Below are positions 41,501 through 56,260 of a stretch of DNA of 64,000 nucleotides, piece after piece (within the stretch, counting starts at the first letter, position 1; the number at the start of each line of letters is the position of its first letter). Under the pieces are notes generated by a model, which did not search any database, was not told the origin of the DNA, and worked only from the letters and a program-made list of their open reading frames with translations. This DNA is from Octopus sinensis (taxonomy: Eukaryota), in contig NC_042997.1 of assembly GCF_006345805.1 (NCBI RefSeq), positions 3,968,001-4,032,000 on the forward strand. The letters are read 5' to 3'. The position numbers and the translations under genes are program-made.

Positions 41501-41744
41501 TATTCAGTCATTTACATACATACCTGTTGTCTTTTACTGTGATATTGCTGCGCGGTTTTCATCGTACTAATCAATCTTTTATTCTAGTACCCATTGTATG
41601 GGTGTTGTATAAGCAACTACTATGCTACACAAGGCAATGTAATCAATACTAGTTCACAAGCGGTGCTGGGACAAACAAAAAGCTACACATGTCGAAAGTA
41701 AAAAATCTGCAAGTTCATACATACAATACACATATATACATATA

Positions 41745-41910
41745 TGTGAGGCTTTCTACCAGTTTCTATCCACCAGATTTATTCATAAGAGATTGGTTGT
41801 CCCGGAGATATAGTAGAAAACTCTTCATAATTGTATTGCAAACTGGTACTGAACAGGAATCCATGTGATTTTAAAGCGATTTCCATAACCTCACAGCTAT
41901 GCATACTATC
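41745..41910 (-). mobile_element. Degenerate SINE family A head
   Basis: Similar to 29630-29770 (ttggttgtcccgg.g.tatag). Confidence 0.55.
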
Positions 41911-44146
41911 TACATAGACACAGAAATCTTTTGGATATTCGTGTTGTTTCTTCGTAGGTGAGAGAATATTCCATATTTTCTTATATCACCTAGTGTCTGT
42001 TTCATTCACATCTTTTATGTTTTTTAAGTAACATAGAATTGTTGGTGTTACTGCCAGTTAACCGTAGATTTTACAATCGTTCACGATGTATATTTGTATT
42101 TTGTTTATTGTTTACTTGTCATTCATCCAATGTGTTTGCCCATCTAATGCTTTTACTGTTATGTGTGTCTTGAAGTCTTGTAATCATTTATAGACGAATT
42201 ATACTTCATGTTGTATAGTTTATGCTGTGGAATATCTGCATGTCAGTCAACGAATGGAAGCCTGATATCTTTGTATGGTTCCTCTGGGATCTATTTTCAC
42301 GTCATTCTTTTATGCATATAATTTTGATGTGGTTTGTTTTTATATTTAATAGTTGCTCCATACATGTCATCGTAATTCGTAGCTCGTTTTCCTTTTCACC
42401 CGCATATTTGTACAATATTCCTCTTCTTTTTCTAAAAGTGTTTTAGCTTTTCTAACTTCGACTATCACTACTTTCTGAGAAATCAGCAAGCATGGCGGCA
42501 TTAATTGTTTTCAGTTTTTCTTCATATCAGACATTTTGTCATTGGAAGACAGAATTTTCTGTTTTCCCTATATATATCATATTTCCGTGTATGTTTAAAA
42601 TTACGTCACTCACTCTGTATTTTAATGTATACATATATACGTTTGTACATATGTCTATGTAAATGTGTGCACACGCGCATGCGTATATTGACCATGGATA
42701 ATATATATATTGGCGACGTTCCTATAAAATATCCTCCTCTACCAAATCATACGCCCACAGCATTACATAAATTTACGAGGATATTTTGGCACGTGTTTAT
42801 ATGCAAATGCCCCAAACTGAAATAGCTGCAATGCAATATTGCCTACATTAGAAAAGGAAGGATGTGATTGTAAAACTGGAAAGCAATTGAGATGTACATG
42901 ACACGAATCACATGTTTATCTTTTCTGATGGGATTTATATATGTAAGATATGATCAATGCCTTTAATAGTTCTAAGAAATTATCTTACAAATGCAATTTG
43001 GTCCAACAAATAACTCCGTAGATTATCACTTTTAAAATTACGAGCCCTGTATTTAACTTTCTACTTCTTATAATTTGTGTATAAGTCAATGAAATTTTAT
43101 CTGTTTGAATACTGAATTATAAAAACACACAACCGTTAAGCAGAGAGCAGAAATAAAACAGACAGAATACAACATTCAGATGTTCATATATGATAGTTAT
43201 TTACAATACATCGGAACAGAGAATAAAATATTAATGGAAGCGGTATATGTGACTGTAAAGCTGTTTTCTACATCGGAATATTGATAACTCTACCATGCAA
43301 TGCAGAAAACATAGTCTACGAAACTTACGAAGATTATATATTTATACCGATGTTACTAAATATTCCGCTCCAACATAAAAGAAAGGATATGAAGAAATTC
43401 CCGTGTGAGATAAAAGATCTAAATATCCGGGGCTGGCATAATAATTCAAGTTCTTTGATGCTATTCTTTTCCTAGGGAAAGGAGAAATAATAATATTAAA
43501 AAAAAATATTCCTCAAATTAAATAATCACGCACACACAGCCAAGATGAACTGCAATACGGCAGAAACCAACAATGGAATAATTGACTGGAACTTCGAAGT
43601 TACTCTCAATCATATTCTTGTTCAAGAATAACAAATGTGTACTCTACAAAATTCTAAATCAGTAGGCTAAAAACAACAAAATAATGGTTGAAATAGCTTA
43701 TAGCATTATTTGTGAAACAGAGTTGCTTGATATTTCTGTGGCGATGAGTAGGGCATGCCAGCCCCAAAATCTTTGGTGAACCACTGGTTTATGTTAATGT
43801 AAAATTGTTTTAATGATATTGCTATAAGTATGGACTCCAAATACTTAAATGTACGTTGGGAGATTGTATTAGTCTGTTTGTCTTTGGATGATTTATTCCT
43901 GTAGTTATTATCAGAGTATTTTGTCGGTTTAGATAAGAGTTTTGACTTTTATTTCCTGAGGATAGATACTTAGAATGTCCTTTGATTAATTTCAGTAATT
44001 CAGCTATTTAATACATATTAGGGGACCTGTAATTGCCTATATAGCTAATTATGTTATTATCATTTTTAAATTGTTACACTAGATGATAACAGAGTCAAAT
44101 GTATCTTTGCAAATTATTTTTTCCTGGTGAATTATTTGGTCCGTAA

Positions 44147-44196
<50 letters not shown>

Positions 44197-44465
44197 CGGA
44201 GTAAACACATAAATGTGAAACAAGGTTGGAAAAAAAGAGTACTCGAATACGAGGGGTAGAGTAATATGCAATCATTACGTGAAATTAAATGCTGGCCTAT
44301 CCTCAGGTGCATAAATAAATGAAGCTTTTTAAATTGGTTGTACACGTTAATATAATTTTACTTACATTTTCTAATAGAGCAGAAAGTGAGAAAAAAGTTG
44401 TACGGACAATACTGCACTGATTTGGTGCTTCAAATTAAGTACCTAATTCAACTGAATCTGAATTT

Positions 44466-44503
<38 letters not shown>

Positions 44504-44521
44504 ATATATATATAATATATA

Positions 44522-44556
<35 letters not shown>

Positions 44557-44559
<3 letters not shown>

Positions 44560-45260
44560 TAAAGTTCTGAGTAGGTCTCAAGGTGAACCGCATGAAAACG
44601 AAGTTCATATGGTGAGACAACGTACCAACAGGTCGAATGGTGATCGGCAGTGATGAAATAGAGGAGATAAACGAATACGTCTACCTGGGACAGGAAGTAA
44701 ATATGTGCCGAGATATCGAAAAGATCTCACGGTGAGTAAGGGCCGGATGGAAGGCGTTTAATGGCATAAGGGATATGCTCAAAGGAAGGTTGGACAGGAC
44801 CACCCGCGCCAACCTCATCATCAGTACAGTTCTACCTGCAATGGTATATGGTAGTGAAACATGGGCTACCACAAAGAGAAATGCAGAGACTGGTAACGGC
44901 TCAAAGAACCATGGAAAGGTCAAAGCTTGGTATCTCGTTGAGAGAGCACATCAGTAGCGAGATCATCTGAAAGAAGTCCGGCGTGAGGGATGTCATCGCA
45001 GAGTATACACGCAGCAAGTTTAGATGGGCTGGACACGTCGCCCTGCTCACCGATAATCGTTGGAACAGTGCAGTTCTCGAGTGGTACCCGCACGAGCGGA
45101 AACGACCATCCGGAAGACCTCCACGACGGTGGAATTACGATTTCAGGAGGACGAAGGGGATCACGTGGATGAGAAAGGCGCGATCCAGAGAGGAGTGGAC
45201 AGCGTGCTGTGACCAGAGGTGTTAAATAGACACCTGACAGACTGGTCGGTCAAGGTGATA
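44557..45260 (+). mobile_element. 5'-truncated RTE-clade LINE
   Basis: GLKVNRMKTK; EYVYLGQ; VLPAMVYGSETW (ORF 44775-44957); KFRWAGHVA...KRPSGRPPRRW (ORF 44983-45225). Flanked by (TA)n on both sides. Confidence 0.93.
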
Positions 45261-45281
45261 TGTATATATATATATATATAT

Positions 45282-45350
<69 letters not shown>

Positions 45351-45419
45351 TAATATTGAGTTGAATTTTGTACTTAAGTTGAATCTATCCGGTATTATCC
45401 GCACAGCTCGAAGGAATAT

Positions 45420-46115
45420 AAAACCTAATTCCTTTGTTCACTCCTGCCCCCCTCTCTTCTCTTGCTATGACACCTGCTTCCTCTCTTCACTCCTATCCAA
45501 CTACTGTATTCATAGATACTCCCTCCGTCCACATCCCATCCCTACACATTCCACTCCGACCTACCAACCCCTACCTCACACCTACACTCCCACATCTTCA
45601 CCTCATACCCACATCCTCACTCATAATCCTCACCTCACACATACCCCACCCTCAAATCACACTCTCACCCACTGTCATACCACCCACACCACTCCAAGCA
45701 CACTGGACCTGACCACTTCCCATCAACCCCCATTTTCGCACACTACCAAACCATGAACCGCACACACACACGCCATCCACACACCCACACAATACAAACG
45801 CACACATCCACATATGAAACTCACTAGCTCCTATCCATACACACAGACACCGACACACTCTCACATACACACACGCATGCGCACCTTAGTTTTGGGATCA
45901 CCAGTATTTTATTATCTCCCTTCTAGCTAGCTCTCCTGTGAAACTATTTTTTTCCCAACTAGTCATTCTCTGTTTCTTTCCTCATATTCTCTTATGTTGA
46001 AGAACGTATACTCGAAACGTAAGAGGCCTTCTTACTCTTCCTAGCGTCAAAAGTTACCCCTGATTGTTGTTCATACACCTGTCTTCGTCTTTTGAATTTT
46101 CTGTAAATTTCAACT
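45420..46115 (+). mobile_element. PLE 3' tail region ending in a hammerhead-like motif
   Basis: C/A-rich tract of the same character as the reverse complement of 9150-9750, followed by ATGTTGA-AGAACGTATACTC-GAAACGTA at 45994-46021. Confidence 0.55.
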
Positions 46116-46122
46116 ATATATA

Positions 46123-46190
<68 letters not shown>

Positions 46191-47315
46191 TTTACGTGCA
46201 TGCACAAACATATATATGAAAATGATATTGTTGAAATCAATTGACATTGATCGCTGAAATTGCCAATTTCTGTAGAATTTCTATAGAAAATTCTATAGAA
46301 ATTGCGAATTTCTATAGAAAAGCAAAATCAATAGTCTTCGCACGCCATGCATATGCACCGTTTTTCATATCCCCAGTCTCTCGTGGTTTGTCCATGAATG
46401 TGTGCATTCTCTGGATTTTAGAGATGGAAGCGAGACACGACTAGGTGAGGGATATACTTTGGGTCAGAGATCAAAATCTAATCTGCTGTTTGCCCTATTT
46501 ATTGCCAGCACTGATTTCCACACGAATTGTTATGGTCAATGAGAATATTTTTCGATGTATTTGCCACCAGTTTAGTCTACTTGTTTTCTTAGATTACTTA
46601 TCCTTTCATTTTAGCTCTCGTAGCTTACGTACATCCTCATATTATGACTCAATGTGAAGTTATTTTGAAAAAAAAATAACGATGATCACTATTCTATAGA
46701 CTGCGTCACCGACTTCGCATCATAATGATACGCACTCTTTCCCCCTCTACTTCACATATAAGTGATCATCTTATGTTTCCACCAAGATTCCCATCCGTTT
46801 AGAACTGGCTTGCCTTCTCTCCTACAAATCAAGGATCAACTGTCGAGCTAATTAGTTTGTACATATACAATCAAAATCGCCTTGTGGTTTCTGTTTTGAG
46901 TTGCGTCCATATTTCAGTTTTTACCTCCTTCCCGCACTAATCAGTTCGTGTACTTACAGGTGATCCGTGTTCAGGGACACACTTGCTTGTTTGCAATTCC
47001 GTGGACATACATTCGTAAGTAACCGTTTAGATTTAGTTGGTGTTGGGCAGTTGGTATCAGTATTTGACAAGAAGTAATCGACTCATGTTTCTGTTGCTTC
47101 TAACACAAAAGTTGTCTGTAATGATAGATGGCAGGAAGATCATTTACTCTAATGGGAGTCTAAGATTAGTAGTCTGCGCAATTTGAAAAACAAAAAAAAA
47201 ATATTTCCTCTATTTTGCCTTGCTTTCGTTAGAATAGTCTCACTACTTCTCTACCTCTTTCTATCTATCGTCCTCTGCTGCTTCTCTCTTTCTCTCTCCA
47301 CATACAATCACGCAT

Positions 47316-47367
<52 letters not shown>

Positions 47368-48158
47368 CAGCCGAAATTGCTAAGATGATCTGGTTCTTGA
47401 CTGATGACTGAGGGCTTCGAATGTCCCGTCCTGTGGTTCTTGTGTCGTCTCTGTGGTGTTTCATGTTCTTGTCCATGTCTGTAATTATTTTTACTGTTTA
47501 CCTATATATATATATATATATATATGTATGTGCGTGTGTCTGTGTGAGTGCGTGTGTGAATCTTTGTTTTTTTTAGTTCATTCATACATGAATGTTTCTG
47601 AATATATGTGTGTATGTGTGACTATACATATATGTTTATGTGTGTATTAGTATGAATAAATGTATGTGGTTATACGTCTTTTAATGATAACTAGCAATAA
47701 ACATTAGTTTACAAAGATGGGTTATTATTGCTTTATTGTCATCACATTCTTCAACACATATATTTATATATCATATAATACTGGATGGCTTCCGTATAAT
47801 TCAACACTTAACAAAAATTACCACATATAACACACTATAATAAACTGTCTCCTGAAAAATGTGTCTACATAATTCGTTTTTAATATACTTTGCAAGAGAT
47901 ATTAGAGAAAATATTTTCTATTATTGCATTTATGTAATTTTTTTGAAATGTAATGAAACTAAGAAAATACAAATCGATATATTTATAAATATATTTATGA
48001 TGTTCACACGGTGATAGTACTTTCTTCCCAAACTGTAGTTGTACAATTCAGATAAATTTTCAGACATTTTAACCAATTTTTTATAGATGTATACAATGTA
48101 GAAAACATAATGATTATACATACATATATCTATCTATCTATCTATCTATATATATATA

Positions 48159-48197
<39 letters not shown>

Positions 48198-48202
48198 ATA
48201 TA

Positions 48203-48820
<618 letters not shown>

Positions 48821-48840
48821 CAATATATATATATATGTGT

Positions 48841-48879
<39 letters not shown>

Positions 48880-49110
48880 CGAGACCTCCTGGTCTACGGT
48901 TTCTTCCCTAACCACACCTCACAAACTGGCTCGTTCCTCTGCCCACGCTGCCGCACCTGTCACAACCTCTTCAAAACTACCATCCTCGCAGGCACCATCG
49001 AAGTCCCTATCATACTATCTTACAACTCACTTCTTTACCTGCATTTCTAGCAATGTCATTTACTGCAATTTTATTCAGCTGAATATACGTCATTACCGAA
49101 ATTCGACAAC
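48880..49110 (+). mobile_element. Neptune-type PLE endonuclease N-terminal fragment
   Basis: GSFLCPRCRTC followed, after a frameshift, by FTCISSNVIYC, the Cys linker and start of the GIY-YIG domain. Confidence 0.75.
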
Positions 49111-49939
49111 GTTAACACGAAATAACGACGTAAATAGAAAACTTTCTCAAGAACGCTAAGATTAAAAGACGTTTTATATGACAGATTCTAACAGTGTCCG
49201 AAAGTGATTAGTTACAAAAAATTTTTTTCTCGATCTACCGATGAAAGTGAAACGATCCAACATACATTTATAAGTAATCCAAATAAACAAATGAATTAAA
49301 GAAATAAGCGACTAAGTAAACACATAAATATAAATAAACAAACGAATAAGAATAAATGAGTGAAAAGTACTAAGCTCTTACAACTTATGATAAGATATTT
49401 CGTCTTTGTATATATGTACATGTGTGTATGTAATAATCCATTTCTGTCTATCTATCTATATATCTACCTATTTATCTACGTGTTCGTATATATATATATA
49501 TATATATGTATATATTTATATGTATATATATATATGTGTATATATATGTATGTATATATATCTGTGTGTGTATGAGTGTATGTCTGCGTTTGTGTGAATC
49601 GTTTTTAATAGTAATTACTATTTGTATTGTTTTTTGTATTTTATTTTATTATTTTACCCTACTTTCTCTTTTGTTTTATTGCTAAAATCATAATCTCTCT
49701 TTGGGACTCAGGCTTTTACCAATGCTTGTCCAATGTTTGTTAACCTCTGTAAAATCCCTGTATATTACTGACATGATGTAGAAAAATTGGCAGATTGGGC
49801 AACCGCATAGTAGAAGCAGGTGTAAGAGCTTAGTATTTTTCACTAATTTATTATTATTCCTTTGTTTATTTTGATTACTTACACATGCATTCCTAAAGGC
49901 TGGTGTTTGTCGATTGATTATCCTCTCCATTTTCTAATG

Positions 49940-49964
49940 TGCCTCATATATATATATATTTATC

Positions 49965-50029
<65 letters not shown>

Positions 50030-50091
50030 GTATATATATATATTATATATATATATATATATACATATATATAAGTATATATATTTATATA

Positions 50092-50124
<33 letters not shown>

Positions 50125-50150
50125 TATATATATATATATATATATTTAAA
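49940..50150. repeat. Long interrupted (TA)n microsatellite
   Basis: Direct reading. Confidence 0.98.
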
Positions 50151-53049
50151 ACCTCAGGAATAATAAGTATTCCAGGTTATCAGAACATTTACTATTTTAC
50201 ACTTTACTAATGCAATGTAAATAGTATCATTTATAATATTATTACAATTTTGAGATTTTACCAATAGAACCGCATATCCTATTTCAGAATAACCTCATCG
50301 TATGGAATACAAATAAGACTTTCCTTATATCATTAAGGTGATGCGTCAAGCTTTTAACGTTAATCTTCTGACTGTCAGCGTCCATCGTAGCAGGTCTGTC
50401 TATAAAGAAACATATCGTTTTTGTAGCTTTAGTAGATTAATTGACCATGGCTTCAACGCATTTAATGCTGTTGTTGATTACGTGTGTTTTCAACTTCTAT
50501 GTTATCGCATTCCACATTTGTGTCATTGATTTCCGATTTATCTAATATGGACTTCGTCACTATGTTAGCTTTAAGATACGGTTTTGTGATCCGTTTGTTG
50601 AAAGACAAACTTGTGGGACATATATTTTTCATGAGAAGGGTTATACTTTGACCGTCTTAAAACTTGAATATATCTTACCATCACATTCTTGAAAGGCATT
50701 ATATTGATAACTCTGCTGGACCACTGAAATAACAGATGTCAAATCTCGGTTAATCACCAATTTGTTCAATATTAAGTACCATTTTTAATGGGGTAGTGAC
50801 GACCCATATCATTGGATTGGATTAATTTAGTATGTCATCATGATCACTCAAAGATAAAGTAGATCTGCGGACATTTAAGGTGAGCAAATTGGTGAGGAGT
50901 ATAATGTGACTGGTAATGCAGTGCTATGTATTTGTTTATATAATAATAAATGCCTTATGAGTGTCAAACTCTCAGCAAACGACGGAAATATACTATATCA
51001 AGCCTGCAGCATCACGCTGACAAGCAACTCGTAGCATCATATATGAAATCATGTCTGTTTATTCCACTATTTCCGTGTTATAACCTTCCTATTTCCGAGT
51101 GAATATGATACAGAATAAAATATAACCTCTCGTATTTCATAAGAAATCTAATGCTCGTGGACGGAGACCGAGATATCAAACGATTTCATAATTCATTTCA
51201 GAACAAATCAGATGCTTCAAGTAACGGCAATACATTATTGTGTGGTGGTGAGGATTACTAGAGAAGTGTACGTTAAAAATAAATATTAGAGACAGCATTT
51301 TCACTAAGAGGTAATATGTATCAACACTTAAAAATGGATGTTCTGTTAGATCACATCATATGACTGTAGTTATCCTGGGAGAATTTCTCATATTGTATTT
51401 TGGTGCAACATGGACCATTATTTATCTTGTTAGCGGTGAGATAAATCACTGTTATCTCCAGCACCGAGATAGCCAGATCACGTGATTTCCACTTTCCTTG
51501 ATCTTGGCAATGATACTAGCTCAACAGCTAGAAATAGCATTTGAAAAATACTATACTGCGGTATCTACCCTTTTATAGTTTGTCCCTGCATAACATCCAC
51601 ATTTAGGTGGGTTGGATAAAATGTGTACTACAAGAAAATAATGCGACTAGTGAAAACAAAATGAGGATGGCTAACGTTAGGGGAAACTGGATACTAATAT
51701 AGGTGAAACTTGCATTGTTCTTATGTTGAATATTTGCTTGGTTAATCAATAATTGCTCATATTATGGTGCGGATTGAGACAAAGGTGTTAAACAAAGGAT
51801 TCAAATTACATTGTATATGATAATTTTAAAATGGTTGATAGAAACCATACCAGGAAATATTTCGAAAATTGTGGCATCACGTGCTCGGAAATGGGGTCGC
51901 ATTAGGCCAAGTATTCGCGGACAATCTTTCAATATCAACTTTTGGAGAAAATAGTTGGTACGGAATATATTAGGATGTGTTAGCACTTATTGATTCTACG
52001 TAGTCAGCGGTCTTGGACTGATATAAATTACTTGCATTTATATATATATTTGTATTACAAGGCATGGAAATGATTAATATAGCATATAGGACTTTTACGC
52101 CAACATTCACTTTATCAGGTGTGTGTATGTGTGCGTGTATATATGTGTACTACTATTTTGTTTGGTACGTATTGTGTCATACATACGGAACCTTCTGGCT
52201 AATTCTAAAATAATTCTCAATATCATTTGTAGCAGAGTTGATGCAAATTATTTTTAACATTATTATATTCTTTGAAAGAGCTACTATATTATTGAATTAT
52301 TAGATACAAGATATAAATTTTAATTCATAAATAAAACTAATGGTTTTTTAATTTTTTCTACGTCAGATTCTAAGTACTTGATTTAGAAGTAAAATAGTAT
52401 GATATTATTTCATTTTTGCCTTCATCTTTTCTTGTTTTGTCGGGTTTAATTGCAATCGATGATATTTTAATTGGCTATGAATAGTGATCAAAATTTCGTC
52501 CATTAATCATAAATTAGATTCTCGCCTATCTAAATACTGTGTGCAGATATTAAAAATGTATTTCACTTAATGGTGTGTAACATTGACTCACAATTTTGTC
52601 TATCGTAAAAATTCGATAATCTGAAAGAGTGAACATAACGTGTAAATTTTAAGAAATATTACCCAAAAAGTTAATTACTAATTCACGTTTGATGAATATT
52701 TTCCGGTCAGTTATAATCGGTAACTAAACTGTACATACTCAAATTCAGTAGACAAGAGATTTATTTGCTCCTTGAAAGAACAATATTTCTGCATTTATTT
52801 GTTGTATGTTATTTTTACAATCACTGTTTATTACAGTTTACGAAGGAATTCTGCCGTATTGTTGCGATGTTGTTATTGTTAAAATTGCGATGCTGTCGTA
52901 TATAAATCAGTGACGAATTATATGTGATATACCAAACCATACGTTACAAATGTGAAATAAAATAAAAGAATTCTCGACACATTGTTTTCGATTCACTCCA
53001 TTTACTAAAAGAATATTTCTACATATGAGAAGGGGGACTGGTCGGTATT

Positions 53050-53600
53050 ATAACAGAGAATAGTGAGAGAAGAAAAGATAGTTGAAGAAGAATGAGAGGT
53101 TAAGAATGAGGCTGCTAAGGGTGTTGTAGTAGAGGTGGAAAGTAAGATGGTAGATAGTTTTCGAATGGTAGTTTATATTGTTGAGTTTATTAAAGAGAAC
53201 TATATATATATTGATTGAGACAGTGAGACAAAGAAATGGCAATTATTTGAGGGAAGGGAAGTGTGAAGTTCAGTTACAGAGGGAGATTACTAAGGTGTGT
53301 AGAAATGTATGAGAGACGATAGATTTAGTGGACAGAGTGGTGTTGAGTTGGTGGTAAAAAAATCAGTGTTTAGTTGGATAATGAATATGGGTTGATATTG
53401 GATAGTAAGTACTATGGTCTTCAGATGTGTATGAAATTGAATAGAAGTAAGTGGATAAATAGCGAGAGGGCTGAAAGGAGGTTAGCATCTAAATGAGTGG
53501 GGTAGTAGCATTAAGTGTTTTTCTTTGAGGAAGAGAAATGGGAAAATACCACTTGTGAGGGTGGGGAGGCTATGAGGGAGGTAGAATGTTGTGGTTTATT
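53050..53600 (-). mobile_element. Strand-biased G/A-rich tract, possibly an old PLE remnant
   Basis: Composition resembles 11800-12740. No diagnostic motif recovered. Confidence 0.25.
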
Positions 53601-54809
53601 TGCAAAGATAAAATGAGAGGATGGTTATAAATTCTCGTGAACATAATTTACACTTACGATGGAACACAAGAAAGTTTAGGGAATATTTTGAGTTTTACGT
53701 TTGTGTATATAAGTTACTACGGAGGTAGATAATTTAGAATTTGGTCTGGAGAAATAGTCTAAGTGGGCTCGGTAATGGCGCATCGAATCAACTGTGCCGC
53801 CTATATAGACACTTCATTGGTGGGAGCGTGGTGTTATGATTACATACATATTGCAATTACATACATACATACATATATACATACGTATGCACATACACAC
53901 ACATACATGCATAAATACCCTATTGATGTTGAGATTTAAATAACGGAGACATTCGATATGAGCTACAAACCAGCTTATTTACTATTAGTAAGAATTCTTC
54001 AAACAAAACGGAATATTCACATACGTACGTACATACACAAACATACGTACCACCTACCACGCACCCCCACACACGCAACAAAATCTCATGCAAAAATATG
54101 CTGCCTATATAACAGACTGAGTCAATAGTCACTCTTTCAAAGGAGATACAAAAACAAAATATATGGACCAAGTTTGCAAACTTCACGTTAATAATGTATC
54201 AAACCATACAAAAAATCGACGAAATGTATACATGCATATGTATATATGCATATACATATATACACACACATATATATAAATACATATCATATATATATAT
54301 ATATTATATATATATATATATATATATTTACAAAATAAGAGCAAAAGAAAAATTCTAATGCCACATTAGCCGAAAAAAAGACAAAAATTGTCAATAACCA
54401 TTATAATTTATGCGTCTCGAAACAAACCGATAGACATTTCTAAAAAATCCGTATTGGTCCCAATTTCGGGGTTAATTCAAAAGAATTTTCCGCTCTTCAG
54501 CGATAAATACGTGGGATATAAGTGAAATACTTACTCATACCCATGGGAAAAGCAAGTACTAAGTCCTGAGCAGACCTAAGTACCCGAAATATATCCAAAA
54601 TAGAAAAAATTCGGCACATCTCGAGACACGTGTGATTCGAACTAGAAACTTTCACAGAGTGAGACAATGCGGAACGGAACACTATTCAATTTATAACTAA
54701 TGTAGGATAAAAATATTTTTCCCCCAAAAATTTTTTATCCTATATTAGATATATATATATGTATGTATGTATATATAGGTATATATATATATATGTATAT
54801 ATATATATA

Positions 54810-54980
54810 CATACACAAAGACCCCATGATTCACGAGTTTTTATTATTATTATTCTCTGTCTGTTTATATACGCGTATCCTTTTGTGTTGAAGGACGTAG
54901 GCTCGAAACGTAAAATACTTTCTCATCTTCCCGAGCTTCATACCTGTCATCGTCTTTTGTTTTTTCTAAATTTCGACTGT
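54810..54980 (+). mobile_element. Short PLE-terminus-like repeat with hammerhead-like motif
   Basis: cttt-TGTGTTGA-AGGACGTAGGCTC-GAAACGTA-aaat at 54879-54915. The downstream cttcccgagc...catacctgtcatcgtcttttg is shared with 46040-46095. Confidence 0.6.
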
Positions 54981-55009
54981 ATATATATATATATATATAA
55001 AGAGAGAGA

Positions 55010-55043
55010 GATACACATTGATAGATTGATAGATAGATATATT

Positions 55044-55081
<38 letters not shown>

Positions 55082-55300
55082 CAGATAGATACATAGGTAG
55101 ATAGTTAGGTAGACGTATAGATACCTCTATACAGTGATATGTATACATATATTCACATACACATATAAAGAGACACAAACACACATAGACACACATATGT
55201 AGATAGATAGATAGGTGGATAGATAAATTGATAGATAGATAGATAGACAGGCAGACAGTAAGAGAGGCAGACATAGATGCAGACAGACAGAAAAATAGAA
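55010..55300. repeat. Interrupted (GATA)n microsatellite region
   Basis: Direct reading. Confidence 0.95.
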
Positions 55301-55672
55301 AAAAAGATAGAAAAACTATTTTTCAGATTCATATTAATTATTCATAATAACAAAATAACATCAACATTCAAAATAAAACAATCTATTGATTTAAAATAAA
55401 TTTTTCGCAAATATATAAATCTCATTTGATATCTACACATATTGCGCACAACATAAAATGCTTAAATACCAATTAATGACAGATGTAATACTTTGATTAC
55501 TTTCATACAAGATAATGCAATTTTTGTCGAGCCAAACAGCCAACATTAATAAGCTTAATGATGATAAATTTCTTCAATATATTTTGTATGTTATTTGTAC
55601 ACATTGGAATTAACACAAACACACGCACACGCACACGCATACACACCCACAGAGACGCACACACACAGGCAC

Positions 55673-55714
<42 letters not shown>

Positions 55715-55716
<2 letters not shown>

Positions 55717-55920
55717 TCTTTTATTTATTTCAGTCATTTCACTTTGGCTATGCTGGAGCACCACCTTTAGTCGAACATATCAACTCCAGGACCTATTCTT
55801 TGCAATGTTAGTACTTATCCTATCGTTTTATTTTTTGGGGCGAACTGCTATTTTACGGGGACGCTAATATTCCAACTTCGGTTGTTAAGCGTTGGTGGGT
55901 GACAAAGGAAGAGAGACACA
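55715..55920 (-). mobile_element. SINE family A 3' half
   Basis: tttcagtcattt...tggctatgctggagcaccacctttagtcgaac is the reverse complement of the tail at 24800-24860. Confidence 0.8.
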
Positions 55921-55924
55921 TACA

Positions 55925-55976
<52 letters not shown>

Positions 55977-56119
55977 TATGTATATGTATATATATACATA
56001 TATTTATATATATATATACACATATACATATAATATACATATCTGTACACACACACACCACACAACACACACACACAACACACACACACACACATATATA
56101 TATATATTATATATATATA

Positions 56120-56189
<70 letters not shown>

Positions 56190-56260
56190 AAATGTCTATG
56201 TATATGTGTATTTATAGTGTGTGTGTATGCATATGTATGTATGTATGTATGAGAGTGGAT
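55921..56260. repeat. Compound (TA)/(CA)/(TATG) microsatellite
   Basis: Direct reading. Confidence 0.98.

Noticed and set aside
42488-42500. AAGCATGGCGGC resembling a strong start context or YY1 site
   Set aside because: The downstream frame is short and low-complexity, with no donor.
47395-47430. CTGATGA...GAATGTC hammerhead-like string
   Set aside because: The GAAA box is broken and helices I and II do not pair.
50340-50870. Minus-strand SHGQL suggesting a PIF1 motif
   Set aside because: The flanking INKSQG and YVALSR motifs are absent; likely coincidence.
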